Notes: generated by a model not told the origin, from the letters alone. DNA of 44,469 bases from an uncultured bacterium (GCA_902803265.1 CADCPD010000065.1:1-44469); one strand, 5' to 3'; shown: positions 10,207 through 19,297, counted from the first letter of the stretch. A program made the numbers and translations.

Positions 10207-12042
10207 TTATTTATCCACGTATATTTCTTCTATGTTATACATTACTCCGTTTAGCATTGACGGATATATATTTTTTATTTTTTTTCTTACAGCAACTATT
10301 CTTGTTGGCGAATACAAGTATATAATAGGTTTTTCGTCATATACAATTTGTTGATATTTATTGTATAAAGCTTTTCTTGCTTCAAAATTTGTTTCTAATG
10401 ACGCCTTATCAAAAATTTCATCTAATTCTTTTTCAAAATCCAATCTGTCATCAAATGAAGTTTTTTCTAATCTTTGATTAAATAAATGAAGAGAACCGTA
10501 TGAATTCCAAACATTTTTACCGTTATGAGGTTCAAGAGGAGAACCTGTTAAACCCATTAATATCATATCCCAATCAAGAGTATTTACCATTTTATTTACA
10601 AGAGTATTAAATTCAATAGGTTTAAAATTAACTTTCATACCTAAATCTTCAAGATCCTGTTTTACCATAACACCTAAAGATTCTCTTTCGATATTACCGG
10701 CATTTGTATACAAATCAAACTCTACATTATTTCCATATTTATCAAATAATTTTCCATTTTTGTTATAGAAAAATCCTGATTGAGTCAAATACTCTCTAGA
10801 AACATCTATATCTCTTTTATGACCTTTTATATTTTCGTTTAAAAATATTGAATTTAAACTTTCAGCAGTAAATAAAGGTTCTGCAAGGCCATTGGCTATA
10901 TTTTGAACCATATTATCTCTGTCTATTGCATAATCTATCGCATATCTGAAATTTTTATCTTTAAACCAAAATTGTTTTTCAGGCTGAACATAATATTTTC
11001 CGTCAGGATTTTTTCTGTTATTTAAATTTAAAACAATAAACATTGTACCTGTGTCAGGTCCTAAATTATAAATTTTATAATCTGAAGATGGTTCTTTTTG
11101 TTTATATATAGCCACATTGGAACCTTTTAAAGAAATTAAATCTATTTCTTTTGCTTCAAATTTTAATATTTCATTATTTGCATCCCCAACAATCAAATAA
11201 ACAACTTTATTAAGATAAGGAAGTTTTTCATTTTTTGTATTTACTTCGTAATAATCAGGATTTTTTACAAAAACTATACGCTGAGCAGGTATATATTCTT
11301 TTAACTTAAAAGCTCCTGAAGTTACAAATTTGTCAGGAGGTGTTGTAGTTGAATAAAAACCATCAAAATATTTAGCACCTTTTTTTACTGCATTTTCAAA
11401 AGCATGTTTCGGTGCAATTTCTGCAGACAATTGTCTTAAAAATGGTGCAAACGGTCTTGATAACGTAAATTTTACCGTGTAATCATCTACTTTTGTTATT
11501 ACAGGCAATTTACCTTCTATCATACAACTATCTCTTAATGATGTATTGCCAAGACCTGCAAAAATTATATCTTGCCATGTAAATATTACATCATCTGCCG
11601 TTATTGCCTTTCCATCAGACCATTTTATGCCTTTTCTTAAATAAACATAATAATTATTACCTTTTATTTCATAACTTTTAGCGAGTTTTGGAATTACTTC
11701 CCCTGTTTTTGCATCCGTTGTGAATAATCCGTCAAACATCATGCCTGCCATTTGAGAAGAAGTTGCATCTTTTGAAGTAAAAGGATTAAATGTTTTTGGG
11801 CCTTCTCCAAAAATTGATAAAATAACTTCACCGCCAAAGTTTCCAACAGGAGCTTGACTTTGAAGGTAATCTATTCCGTTTAATGTTATAGTTTTGGCTC
11901 TTTTAGGATATGTAAATTCTGTTCTTTGATTTATATTTTGAGTATTTGCCGGCTTTTGTTCAGGAATATCTTTTCTGATACACGCTTTCAAAAACAACAA
12001 AACCAAAAATATTATCAAAAAAATATATATTACGCGTTTCAT
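10207..12042 (-). CDS. ABC transporter substrate-binding protein, family 5 (OppA/DppA-like), probable lipoprotein
   Basis: Signal peptide ending in LKAC (lipobox-like), 611 aa and SBP_bac_5-like core motifs. It is the first gene of the permease operon. No ATPase genes follow. Confidence 0.85.
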   Translation of the reverse strand: MKRVIYIFLIIFLVLLFLKACIRKDIPEQKPANTQNINQRTEFTYPKRAKTITLNGIDYLQSQAPVGNFGGEVILSIFGEGPKTFNPFTSKDATSSQMAGMMFDGLFTTDAKTGEVIPKLAKSYEIKGNNYYVYLRKGIKWSDGKAITADDVIFTWQDIIFAGLGNTSLRDSCMIEGKLPVITKVDDYTVKFTLSRPFAPFLRQLSAEIAPKHAFENAVKKGAKYFDGFYSTTTPPDKFVTSGAFKLKEYIPAQRIVFVKNPDYYEVNTKNEKLPYLNKVVYLIVGDANNEILKFEAKEIDLISLKGSNVAIYKQKEPSSDYKIYNLGPDTGTMFIVLNLNNRKNPDGKYYVQPEKQFWFKDKNFRYAIDYAIDRDNMVQNIANGLAEPLFTAESLNSIFLNENIKGHKRDIDVSREYLTQSGFFYNKNGKLFDKYGNNVEFDLYTNAGNIERESLGVMVKQDLEDLGMKVNFKPIEFNTLVNKMVNTLDWDMILMGLTGSPLEPHNGKNVWNSYGSLHLFNQRLEKTSFDDRLDFEKELDEIFDKASLETNFEARKALYNKYQQIVYDEKPIIYLYSPTRIVAVRKKIKNIYPSMLNGVMYNIEEIYVDK

Positions 12043-12176
12043 GCTTTTATTATCACAAAAAAACAGTATTTTTCATACCCCATATTACGAATTTTTGAAT
12101 AAATCTTTAAAACGAAAATACATGTAATCCTTTAAGTAAAATTTTTTGTAAATTTAATATGGGAGGATTAATTACA

Positions 12177-12416
12177 ATGTATTCAATAATTTTATCTTTT
12201 AATCGGCCAAAAAATATTTTAACAAGTAGAGAAGAAGAGGTTTTAGTTGAGGTTGTTAAAGGTAAAAACAACGGAGAAATTGCAAATGAACTTTATATAA
12301 GTATTCATACAGCTAAATTCTATGTAGCATCTATTCTACAAAAATTTGGAGTTTCAAGACGTTCAGGGATAATTGTTAAAGCATTGCTTGAAGGTTGGGT
12401 TGAAGTTAGTCAATAA
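12177..12416 (+). CDS. Stand-alone LuxR/GerE-family helix-turn-helix protein
   Basis: LTSREEEVLVEVVKGKNNGEIANELYISIHTAKFYVASILQKFGV matches the GerE HTH pattern. The track ORF starts at 12159. The ATG at 12177 follows GGGAGG (12161-12166) and is preferred. Confidence 0.75.
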   Translation: MYSIILSFNRPKNILTSREEEVLVEVVKGKNNGEIANELYISIHTAKFYVASILQKFGVSRRSGIIVKALLEGWVEVSQ

Positions 12417-12420
12417 TATA

Positions 12421-15400
12421 TTATGCTTTTGTTTTTTTAAAAAATATATTTTCACTTAATTTATTTTTATCTATTAATATTTGTGCCTGATTTTTGAATG
12501 ATTCAGCTTTTTCGATTTCACCTTTTTGTACAAGTATTCTTGATGCTAATAAATTGAACATTATTCTCAACAATTCATTGGATTCATAATTTTTGTCCAA
12601 TAGTGCCATAGTATTTTTTGCTATACCCAAACTAACATCCAACTGACCCTGTGCAATTTTTAAATCACCTATAAAATACCACGCCAAAATAGAAGCATTT
12701 GATAATCCGTTTTGATTACCGATTTCTTTTACATTTTGGTAGATTTTGTATGATTTATTGTAATCTTCAAGAACTTTATATGAATAACCTATAAGCAGGT
12801 CACAAATTAAATCAAGTTGAGTAAGATTATTTTCTTTTGCTGATAATTTAGATTGATAGATACTTTTAGCAAACATTTTTATATCGCTGTTTACATATTC
12901 AAAAGCTTTTAATAAATTATAAATATAAGTTCCAAAAATATTTGAATCTATTAACATTTGTGGATTAATATTCAAATCATATTCTTCACCTCGCATAAAT
13001 CTTTGGAGATATATAAATAGTGAATAAGATTCCGGCAATACTTCTAATTGTTCTGCAACTTTTTTAATTAAAGGTCTTACATCTTCTGATTGGAATATTT
13101 TAGCAACACAAACATATCCTATTGTGTCAAATATTGATGAAAATACCTGTTCTTGAGGCATTTTATCTGTAATTAACAATGCTATATTTTCCGGTGTAAA
13201 TGTTGATATTAAATCTTCACCAAGAGAAATACATTCTTTTAAATTACCTATATTAAAGAATATATTTACTTTTATCAATGATACCCAGAATAAAATTTTA
13301 TTAAAGTTTTGGTCCGCAGGATTAAATGTTGATTCAGGAAGTCTTGATAATATTTTGTTTGACAATGTTATCGCTTGTGTATAATTACCTGTTCTCAAAC
13401 AACATTGCAAGATTTTATTACATAAATTTATTACCTTTTTATCTTCCATTGCATGTTCTATATTTTCCAAAACAAGTTTTGAGAAATTGTATAATTTTGT
13501 AGGAATAAATTTATACAACATGTTTGAAATATTTTCATAAATAATCATTTTGTAATCATTAATGGATTTTTGAATTTCTTCATCAGAATCTTCTTCCATT
13601 AATTTTAACAATGTCATACTGTAATTAAGATAAGAACTAAAATCTCCCAACAATAAAACGATGTTAGAAAGTTTTTTCCATACATCTTGAACTTTCTTTT
13701 TATCATTTAATATCGTATAAACATTTAAGTTTATTGGTAATGGTACATTATCATCAACAACAGTATTCAAAAGGGATTTAGCGATATCAGTTTTTTCTTC
13801 TTCGCTTAACATATCATCCATTACTGCTTTTAAAAGATTATAGTTATTGAAATGAACAACATTATTTTCTAAGTAAATATAGCCTTTTTCATCAAGTAAT
13901 CCCAAAGAATTTCCCAAATCAGGAATATTTAATGACTGTAATGTTGCAATATCAATTCTTGGTCCTAAGTAAAGCAATAAAACAAAAATATCATATGCAT
14001 TTTTATCATGCGTTAAAAATCTAAATCTGGTTTCTAATAATTTTTCTATTGTCGGAGAAAAAATTACAGAAGATTGATTTTTTATTACATATTTATCATT
14101 TTTTAGTTCAAAAATATCATTTTCAAGTAAATAATATATTGCGTGTTTTAAATATAACTGACAACCTTTTGTATACTGTGCAATTTTTTCCATGTAGAAA
14201 GAATCCAAGACTTTTGAATATAAATCTACTTCAGGAGTTATCATTTTTTCAAAATTTGAACCGCTAACCATTATTTCTGTATAATTAGGATTTGTTAATA
14301 AGAAGTGAGAATTTTTATGAAGTGAGAAATTTTCATCTGAGAATAATAACAAGTTCAAATTATACTTATCAAAATCTTTTAACAACATTTGTAATATTTC
14401 AAAAGAAGTAACATCTACTTTTTCAAAATTTTCAACATATATCAAGCAATGTTCTAATGAATTAAATAGAATTGTAAATATATTATATAGAGTATCTCTT
14501 ACATCTTCCGGATTCATTCCATTTATAGGTTGTAAATTTATTAAAGCTTTTACAACACCTGTTTTATCTAATTTTTCAAAAGTAGAAAAATCATTTTTTA
14601 CAAAATTTCTAGCCGAAATAGAGAATTTAAATAAAGATGATAAAAGTTCATAGAAAAACCCATACGGTTTGTTTTTGGTATCTTCCGTACAAGTTATTTT
14701 AACAACTCTGTTACAAGTACCCTCTTTCAGCACTACGTTTGGAATATCTTTTGATAACGGATAGAATTTTTTATTCGTTTTTACTGAAATTATATTCTTA
14801 GAACTATTTTTAAGTAAAGATAAAATACTTTCTTTTAAATCACCAGATTCAATTTTTTTAAATTCACAAACTTGTTCATCAAAATTAAGTTTTTTAATAT
14901 TATGAATAATTGCATCATCTGTCTTCATTTCAGAATCAGCATCAATATCCTCTAATGAAAGTTGTTTTAATCTTTCTCTTAATTTATCATTTTTAGAAGT
15001 ATCTTCTTCTTCTTTAGGAACAGTAATATATTTTTTCAAATCCAGTTCATAAAAAATTTCAAGTTTATCTTTTACAAGAACTGTTCCTAATTGTGCAAGA
15101 GATATTTTATTTCTTAAGACATCAGCCGTACTACTGTCTAACAATACTTGTAATGCATTATGATATTGTCCTTGTGATGTATTTTTATACATCATTTTTA
15201 TATTAAATCCTGATTTAAAATCTTTTGGTCTTGTATTTATATCTCTTTTTATTAATGTAAAATTGCATCTTAAAAGTGTATCGTGTGAATTATGCAATTT
15301 AATATTTAATTTCATTATTGGTTTAGCAATTTCCAAAATAAAGGAAAGAGCCCTAAATACTGATTCATCAAAAGTTTGTTCTTTATTGAATTTTATAATA

Positions 15401-15813
15401 TAAGCTTTATCTATAATTTGCCATTTTATAGCAATATTCGTACAAAATCCTGTTATAAGATTATGTAAGTTGGTTTGAAATTTTTTATATGCTACATCAG
15501 AATTAAATAAATTCTTTAATTTAGGCATATTTGGAAATTCTATTACAACACACGCAAAATTAAGAATGGTAGACTCATTTAAAGCTATACTTAAATATGT
15601 ATCCATTCCACAATTACTACAAGCTTCTGTCTGAGTTAAATTAAGTTTCCCGCAATTATGACATTTACTTAAAATAGGATAACCACATTTTATACAATTG
15701 CCTGTTTTATTTAAAGTTCCGCAAACAGGACAAGTTAACTGTAAAATCTTTTTACAATTAGGGCAAATCTTTGTATCATCAGATACTTCATGGTTACATT
15801 TTGGACATTGCAT
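12421..15813 (-). CDS. Large (1130 aa) triple zinc-ribbon / degenerate cyclase-like / Walker-A-less STAND-like / helical-repeat protein
   Basis: Six CxxC pairs lie within the first 70 aa. A cyclase-like block has non-canonical residues (VVIEFPNM, AYIIKFN, LLRCNFTL). AAA_16-like landmarks are present (KPYGFFYELL; LIYVENFEKVDVTSFEILQMLL), but no GxxxxGK[ST] occurs anywhere. The C-terminal ~450 aa is TPR-like. Domain calls were made by eye. Confidence 0.6.
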   Translation of the reverse strand: MQCPKCNHEVSDDTKICPNCKKILQLTCPVCGTLNKTGNCIKCGYPILSKCHNCGKLNLTQTEACSNCGMDTYLSIALNESTILNFACVVIEFPNMPKLKNLFNSDVAYKKFQTNLHNLITGFCTNIAIKWQIIDKAYIIKFNKEQTFDESVFRALSFILEIAKPIMKLNIKLHNSHDTLLRCNFTLIKRDINTRPKDFKSGFNIKMMYKNTSQGQYHNALQVLLDSSTADVLRNKISLAQLGTVLVKDKLEIFYELDLKKYITVPKEEEDTSKNDKLRERLKQLSLEDIDADSEMKTDDAIIHNIKKLNFDEQVCEFKKIESGDLKESILSLLKNSSKNIISVKTNKKFYPLSKDIPNVVLKEGTCNRVVKITCTEDTKNKPYGFFYELLSSLFKFSISARNFVKNDFSTFEKLDKTGVVKALINLQPINGMNPEDVRDTLYNIFTILFNSLEHCLIYVENFEKVDVTSFEILQMLLKDFDKYNLNLLLFSDENFSLHKNSHFLLTNPNYTEIMVSGSNFEKMITPEVDLYSKVLDSFYMEKIAQYTKGCQLYLKHAIYYLLENDIFELKNDKYVIKNQSSVIFSPTIEKLLETRFRFLTHDKNAYDIFVLLLYLGPRIDIATLQSLNIPDLGNSLGLLDEKGYIYLENNVVHFNNYNLLKAVMDDMLSEEEKTDIAKSLLNTVVDDNVPLPINLNVYTILNDKKKVQDVWKKLSNIVLLLGDFSSYLNYSMTLLKLMEEDSDEEIQKSINDYKMIIYENISNMLYKFIPTKLYNFSKLVLENIEHAMEDKKVINLCNKILQCCLRTGNYTQAITLSNKILSRLPESTFNPADQNFNKILFWVSLIKVNIFFNIGNLKECISLGEDLISTFTPENIALLITDKMPQEQVFSSIFDTIGYVCVAKIFQSEDVRPLIKKVAEQLEVLPESYSLFIYLQRFMRGEEYDLNINPQMLIDSNIFGTYIYNLLKAFEYVNSDIKMFAKSIYQSKLSAKENNLTQLDLICDLLIGYSYKVLEDYNKSYKIYQNVKEIGNQNGLSNASILAWYFIGDLKIAQGQLDVSLGIAKNTMALLDKNYESNELLRIMFNLLASRILVQKGEIEKAESFKNQAQILIDKNKLSENIFFKKTKA

Positions 15814-15854
15814 AAATAAATTATATCAGTTTATTTTAATAAATCAATTTTTTG

Positions 15855-15863
15855 TGCTACAAT
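15855..15863 (+). promoter_or_regulatory. Extended -10 element TGcTACAAT upstream of the MotA-like gene
   Basis: TG at 15855-15856 and TACAAT at 15858-15863, lying 24 nt upstream of the ATG at 15887. The -35 is weak. The element sits in the 73-bp divergent region shared with the 1130-aa gene. Confidence 0.35.
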
Positions 15864-15886
15864 ACCGTATAAAAGAGGGAGTTTTT

Positions 15887-16798
15887 ATGGAATATTTCAA
15901 ATATCTTCTAAATCCTGCACTAATGTTAATTTTTTTATTTTTTGCCGTTTCTGTAGGTTATTGTATTCTTAAGTATCACAAAATTAATAAACAAATGATG
16001 ATACTTTTAAATTACTTAAAAAAATTCAAAAAAAATGATTTAACGTTCAGATTTAAAGAATTTGATGACGGTTTAACTTCAAATTCTTACATTTCAAATA
16101 GTTGGACAGAATTTAGAAACACTCTTGTTTTTGATGAAAACGTAGTTCTTTCTAATGAAAAAGAAGATGTAGTGTTTGAAAATGCTTCACAAGTAGTATC
16201 TGGTATTCAAACCACAGTTGATTCTGCTTATTTCTTTAATGAAGAAATTTTAATTACTTCAAAATTAAACTACAAATTTGTGCAGGTTACACCAACTTTA
16301 TTAACAGGTATGGGGCCTTTATTTACATTTATGCATATTGCATTTGCATTTGCTAACGTTGATTTTACAACTAATGAAGCTACGATGATGACTATTTCTA
16401 ATTTGATTTCTAATATGCAAATTGCAGCTTTGTGTTCTGTTTTTGCTGTTGGTGAATCATTGATATTCTTAATGCTTGAAAGATTATTGTATAACTACAA
16501 GTGTAAACAACCTCTTTCTGAAATTCAGGATTGTTTCTATAAACTTTTTGACAGCGTTACATCTGAAAAATTCTTAATTGAATTATTAAAAACAACAAAA
16601 ATTCAAAATAATTCATTAACTAATGCAATGAAATCAATGCCTCAAAAATTTCAAGATGCACTAACAAAGAGTTTGGCCGCTGTTATGGTTCCTTATTTGG
16701 ATAACATTCTTTTCAATCTTGATAAAATAAAAGAAAATAATCCTAATAATTTTACCCAAAATGCAATAGATTCCGTTGATGATTTATTCCAACAATAA
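15887..16798 (+). CDS. MotA/TolQ/ExbB-family ion-channel protein (non-flagellar context)
   Basis: Starts at the ATG after the AGAGGGAG RBS. TM1 is ALMLIFLFFAVSVGYCIL, followed by a ~100-aa loop. TM2 and TM3 carry LLTGMGPLFTF and ALCSVFAVGESLIFLM. A ~90-aa helical tail follows. The track's longer ORF (from 15698) overlaps the divergent gene and was rejected. Confidence 0.65.
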   Translation: MEYFKYLLNPALMLIFLFFAVSVGYCILKYHKINKQMMILLNYLKKFKKNDLTFRFKEFDDGLTSNSYISNSWTEFRNTLVFDENVVLSNEKEDVVFENASQVVSGIQTTVDSAYFFNEEILITSKLNYKFVQVTPTLLTGMGPLFTFMHIAFAFANVDFTTNEATMMTISNLISNMQIAALCSVFAVGESLIFLMLERLLYNYKCKQPLSEIQDCFYKLFDSVTSEKFLIELLKTTKIQNNSLTNAMKSMPQKFQDALTKSLAAVMVPYLDNILFNLDKIKENNPNNFTQNAIDSVDDLFQQ

Positions 16799-16818
16799 AC
16801 TATATTTCAGGTGTATTC

Positions 16819-17508
16819 ATGTTTAAAAAAACAATTAACAAAACAGATTATAAAGAAGAAAATATTTTTTGGATAACAATGTCAGATTTGTTATTGGGTT
16901 TAATGATTATATTTTTAACCCTTTTCATAATGTCTATGGTTGGATTTTCTCAATCAAAATTTGCTGAAAAATCAGCCCAAATATCATTAGCCGAAAATAT
17001 GGCCGATAAATTTTCGGAAAATAAAGTCAACGTTAATATTGATAAAGTTTCAGGGTTGGTAAAAATTTCTGATCTTGAACTATTTGATACCGGTAGTTTT
17101 AAATTATCACCAAAGGGTAAAAAATATTTAGACAAATTTTTCCCAATTTATATTGATACAATTTTTTCTGATGCTGAAATTAGCAATAAAGTTGAAAATA
17201 TTGTAATAGAAGGTCATACCGATTCTCAAATGTTTAAAGGGTTAAAATCTCAAGATGAACAATATACCAAAAATCTGGAACTCTCTGCTCTTCGTGCAAA
17301 TGCAGTTGCAAGTTATGTATTTAAGACAAATTATGATAAAAAATATAGCGACAGACTTCGTAAAGTACTTATTGTCGAAGGAAAAAGTAACACAGTTCCT
17401 GTTATTGTAAATGGAAAAGAAGATTTAAATAAAAGTAGAAGAGTTGAATTAAAAATAAGAATTAAATCTAACAGTGATAAAATTGAAGATTTATTTTTCA
17501 AAAAATAG
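16819..17508 (+). CDS. MotB-like protein with OmpA-type peptidoglycan-binding domain
   Basis: N-terminal TM helix with a conserved-position Asp (FWITMSDLLLGLMIIF). C-terminal OmpA-like motifs: IVIEGHTDS, NLELSALRANAVASYV, SRRVELKI. It starts 20 nt downstream of the MotA-like gene. Confidence 0.75.
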   Translation: MFKKTINKTDYKEENIFWITMSDLLLGLMIIFLTLFIMSMVGFSQSKFAEKSAQISLAENMADKFSENKVNVNIDKVSGLVKISDLELFDTGSFKLSPKGKKYLDKFFPIYIDTIFSDAEISNKVENIVIEGHTDSQMFKGLKSQDEQYTKNLELSALRANAVASYVFKTNYDKKYSDRLRKVLIVEGKSNTVPVIVNGKEDLNKSRRVELKIRIKSNSDKIEDLFFKK

Positions 17509-17512
17509 AAAT

Positions 17513-18043
17513 TTATTTTATTAAATTTTGAATTTCTTTAAAATTTGGATTTTTTGAGGATTGTAATAATTCAAATAATACTATTTCAAGACAAGTTATT
17601 TTTACTCCTTCTTGGCGCATAAGCTCTATACCTGTACCAAATTCAAAATCTTTTCTGCTCTTGCAGGCATCCTTTACAAGATAAACTTCATAACCTTCTT
17701 TTAATAAATCCATTGCTGTTTGATAAACACAAATATGCGCTTCTATTCCAAACAAAATTATTTGAGGTCTTGCATAAGTTTTTAAAGTTTCTAAAAAATT
17801 ATTTTCTTTCACAATTGAAAAAGAAGTTTTTTCAAAATATTTTTGTTTATCATTTTTTAAACAATCCAAAGTAAAACCTAAACCTTTAGGATATTGTTCA
17901 CTAACAAACATAGGAATATTTAAAATTTTAGCAGCACTAATCAATTTTTCTGCCTGAGAAACTTCTTGTTCAGCATTAGTTGCTTTAACAAGTTTTTCTT
18001 GCATATCTATCATTAAAATAAGACTATTTTCAATGTTTAACAT
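17513..18043 (-). CDS. Isochorismatase-family cysteine hydrolase
   Basis: LILMIDMQE (catalytic Asp context), a conserved Lys region and the GIEAHICV catalytic Cys motif. 176 aa. Confidence 0.8.
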   Translation of the reverse strand: MLNIENSLILMIDMQEKLVKATNAEQEVSQAEKLISAAKILNIPMFVSEQYPKGLGFTLDCLKNDKQKYFEKTSFSIVKENNFLETLKTYARPQIILFGIEAHICVYQTAMDLLKEGYEVYLVKDACKSRKDFEFGTGIELMRQEGVKITCLEIVLFELLQSSKNPNFKEIQNLIK

Positions 18044-18300
18044 AATTCTTTTAATTTTTCGTCAATAACTTGTAAAACTTTTTCAACAGTAGCTTCTTTA
18101 ATTATATCGTCATTTACCTTTACGTAAGGAGGCTTAGGAGCTTCCCATTGTATTGAACACACGCCTAAACATTGTGATGGAGTTAATTCAACCTTATCTC
18201 CATATTTTTCAGGAATAATTTTTGATAAATTTTTCATATTTTCCTGACCTTGAATATAACAAGTTGTTCCAATACAAACTTTTACGCTTACTTTTTTCAT
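18037..18300 (-). CDS. Thioredoxin-like [2Fe-2S] ferredoxin (NuoE/HndA-like small protein)
   Basis: Cys pattern VCIGTTCY ... CLGVCS, as in thioredoxin-like 2Fe-2S ferredoxins. 87 aa. It overlaps the downstream hydrolase gene by 7 nt. Confidence 0.65.
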   Translation of the reverse strand: MKKVSVKVCIGTTCYIQGQENMKNLSKIIPEKYGDKVELTPSQCLGVCSIQWEAPKPPYVKVNDDIIKEATVEKVLQVIDEKLKELC

Positions 18301-18369
18301 ATAAAACCTCTTTTTGAATAAAAATATTATATGTCTTTAAAAATCTTTTACAACAGCACCAGATAAAAT

Positions 18370-19254
18370 TTATTTATTTATATTTTGGAGAGAAACAGGT
18401 TCTGCATGGATAATAACATCGATATTACCTATTTCATCATTTATTCTTTTTTCAATGTTATCACAAATCGTATGACATTGAGATATTTTCATATCGTCCT
18501 CAACAAATATAGTTACTTCAACTCTTACCATTGGTCCTAAATTTCTTGCTTTTAGATTTTTATATCCCTTTATTTCTTCACAAGAATGCAAAATATTATT
18601 TATTTCAAAAATCTTTTTATATGATACAGAGCCATCAAGAAGATTATTAAGCGTTTGTTTTATAATTAAAAATCCTGCTTTGAAAATAATTCCTGCAACT
18701 ATAAGAGCAATTATCGCATCCAAAATATTTAAACCTGTTATTTTTATTGCTATAAGGCCTATTAAAACACCTAAAGATGAATAAACATCTGTTTTTAAAT
18801 GTTGAGCATCAGCATAAAGAGATATTGAATTTGATTTTTTTGCTACATATGAAGAATATGTGCTTGCAATTATATTACCAAGCATGGCAATTGCCATAAC
18901 ATATATACCAAAGGTTGAATCTATATTTTCATGATATCCGAAAATAATTTTTTTACTTGCTTCGTATAAGATAAAAGCAGATGCAAAAATTATCATTACC
19001 CCCTCAATAAAACCTGCCATATCCTCATATTTTCCATGACCGAAAGGATGGTCCGCATCAGCCGGAGTTGAAGAACGTTTAATAGCAAAAAAAGTTATAG
19101 AAGAAGCCAAACAATCAGCAACGGAATGAACAGCTTCAGATAAAAGACAAATACTTCCCGAAATATATCCGGCAATTAATTTCAATACAATAACTATTAA
19201 ATTAAATGTTAGAGAAAGACATATTGCTAATTTTTTTTGTAAATTTATTTCCAT
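18370..19254 (-). CDS. Cation diffusion facilitator (CDF) family metal efflux transporter
   Basis: Six TM helices with HSVADCLAS (TM2) and DAQHLKTDV (TM5) metal-site motifs, plus a C-terminal cytoplasmic domain. Confidence 0.88.
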   Translation of the reverse strand: MEINLQKKLAICLSLTFNLIVIVLKLIAGYISGSICLLSEAVHSVADCLASSITFFAIKRSSTPADADHPFGHGKYEDMAGFIEGVMIIFASAFILYEASKKIIFGYHENIDSTFGIYVMAIAMLGNIIASTYSSYVAKKSNSISLYADAQHLKTDVYSSLGVLIGLIAIKITGLNILDAIIALIVAGIIFKAGFLIIKQTLNNLLDGSVSYKKIFEINNILHSCEEIKGYKNLKARNLGPMVRVEVTIFVEDDMKISQCHTICDNIEKRINDEIGNIDVIIHAEPVSLQNINK

Positions 19255-19297
19255 GTCAAAATTATATCATATAAAGATATTATCTGAAAAAAATAAG

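Noticed and set aside
212-10354. Short nested or antisense ORFs in the track (212-418, 608-796, 7400-7612, 8143-8340, 8894-9139, 10136-10354 and similar ones elsewhere: 14049-14267, 16950-17135, 19881-20096, 20313-20507, 24151-24543, 25320-25517, 28941-29226, 30359-30595, 34212-34406, 35990-36217, 39053-39256, 40162-40344, 41759-42013, 42650-42983, 43606-43800)
   Set aside because: All lie inside or antisense to longer ORFs that have clear family motifs. They lack SD sequences and have low-complexity translations.
15698-15886. N-terminal 63-codon extension of the MotA-like ORF as given in the ORF track
   Set aside because: It overlaps the 5' end of the divergent 1130-aa gene and has no SD. 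Its sequence is the mirror of the zinc-ribbon coding region. The internal ATG at 15887 has an AGAGGGAG RBS and begins directly with a TM helix.
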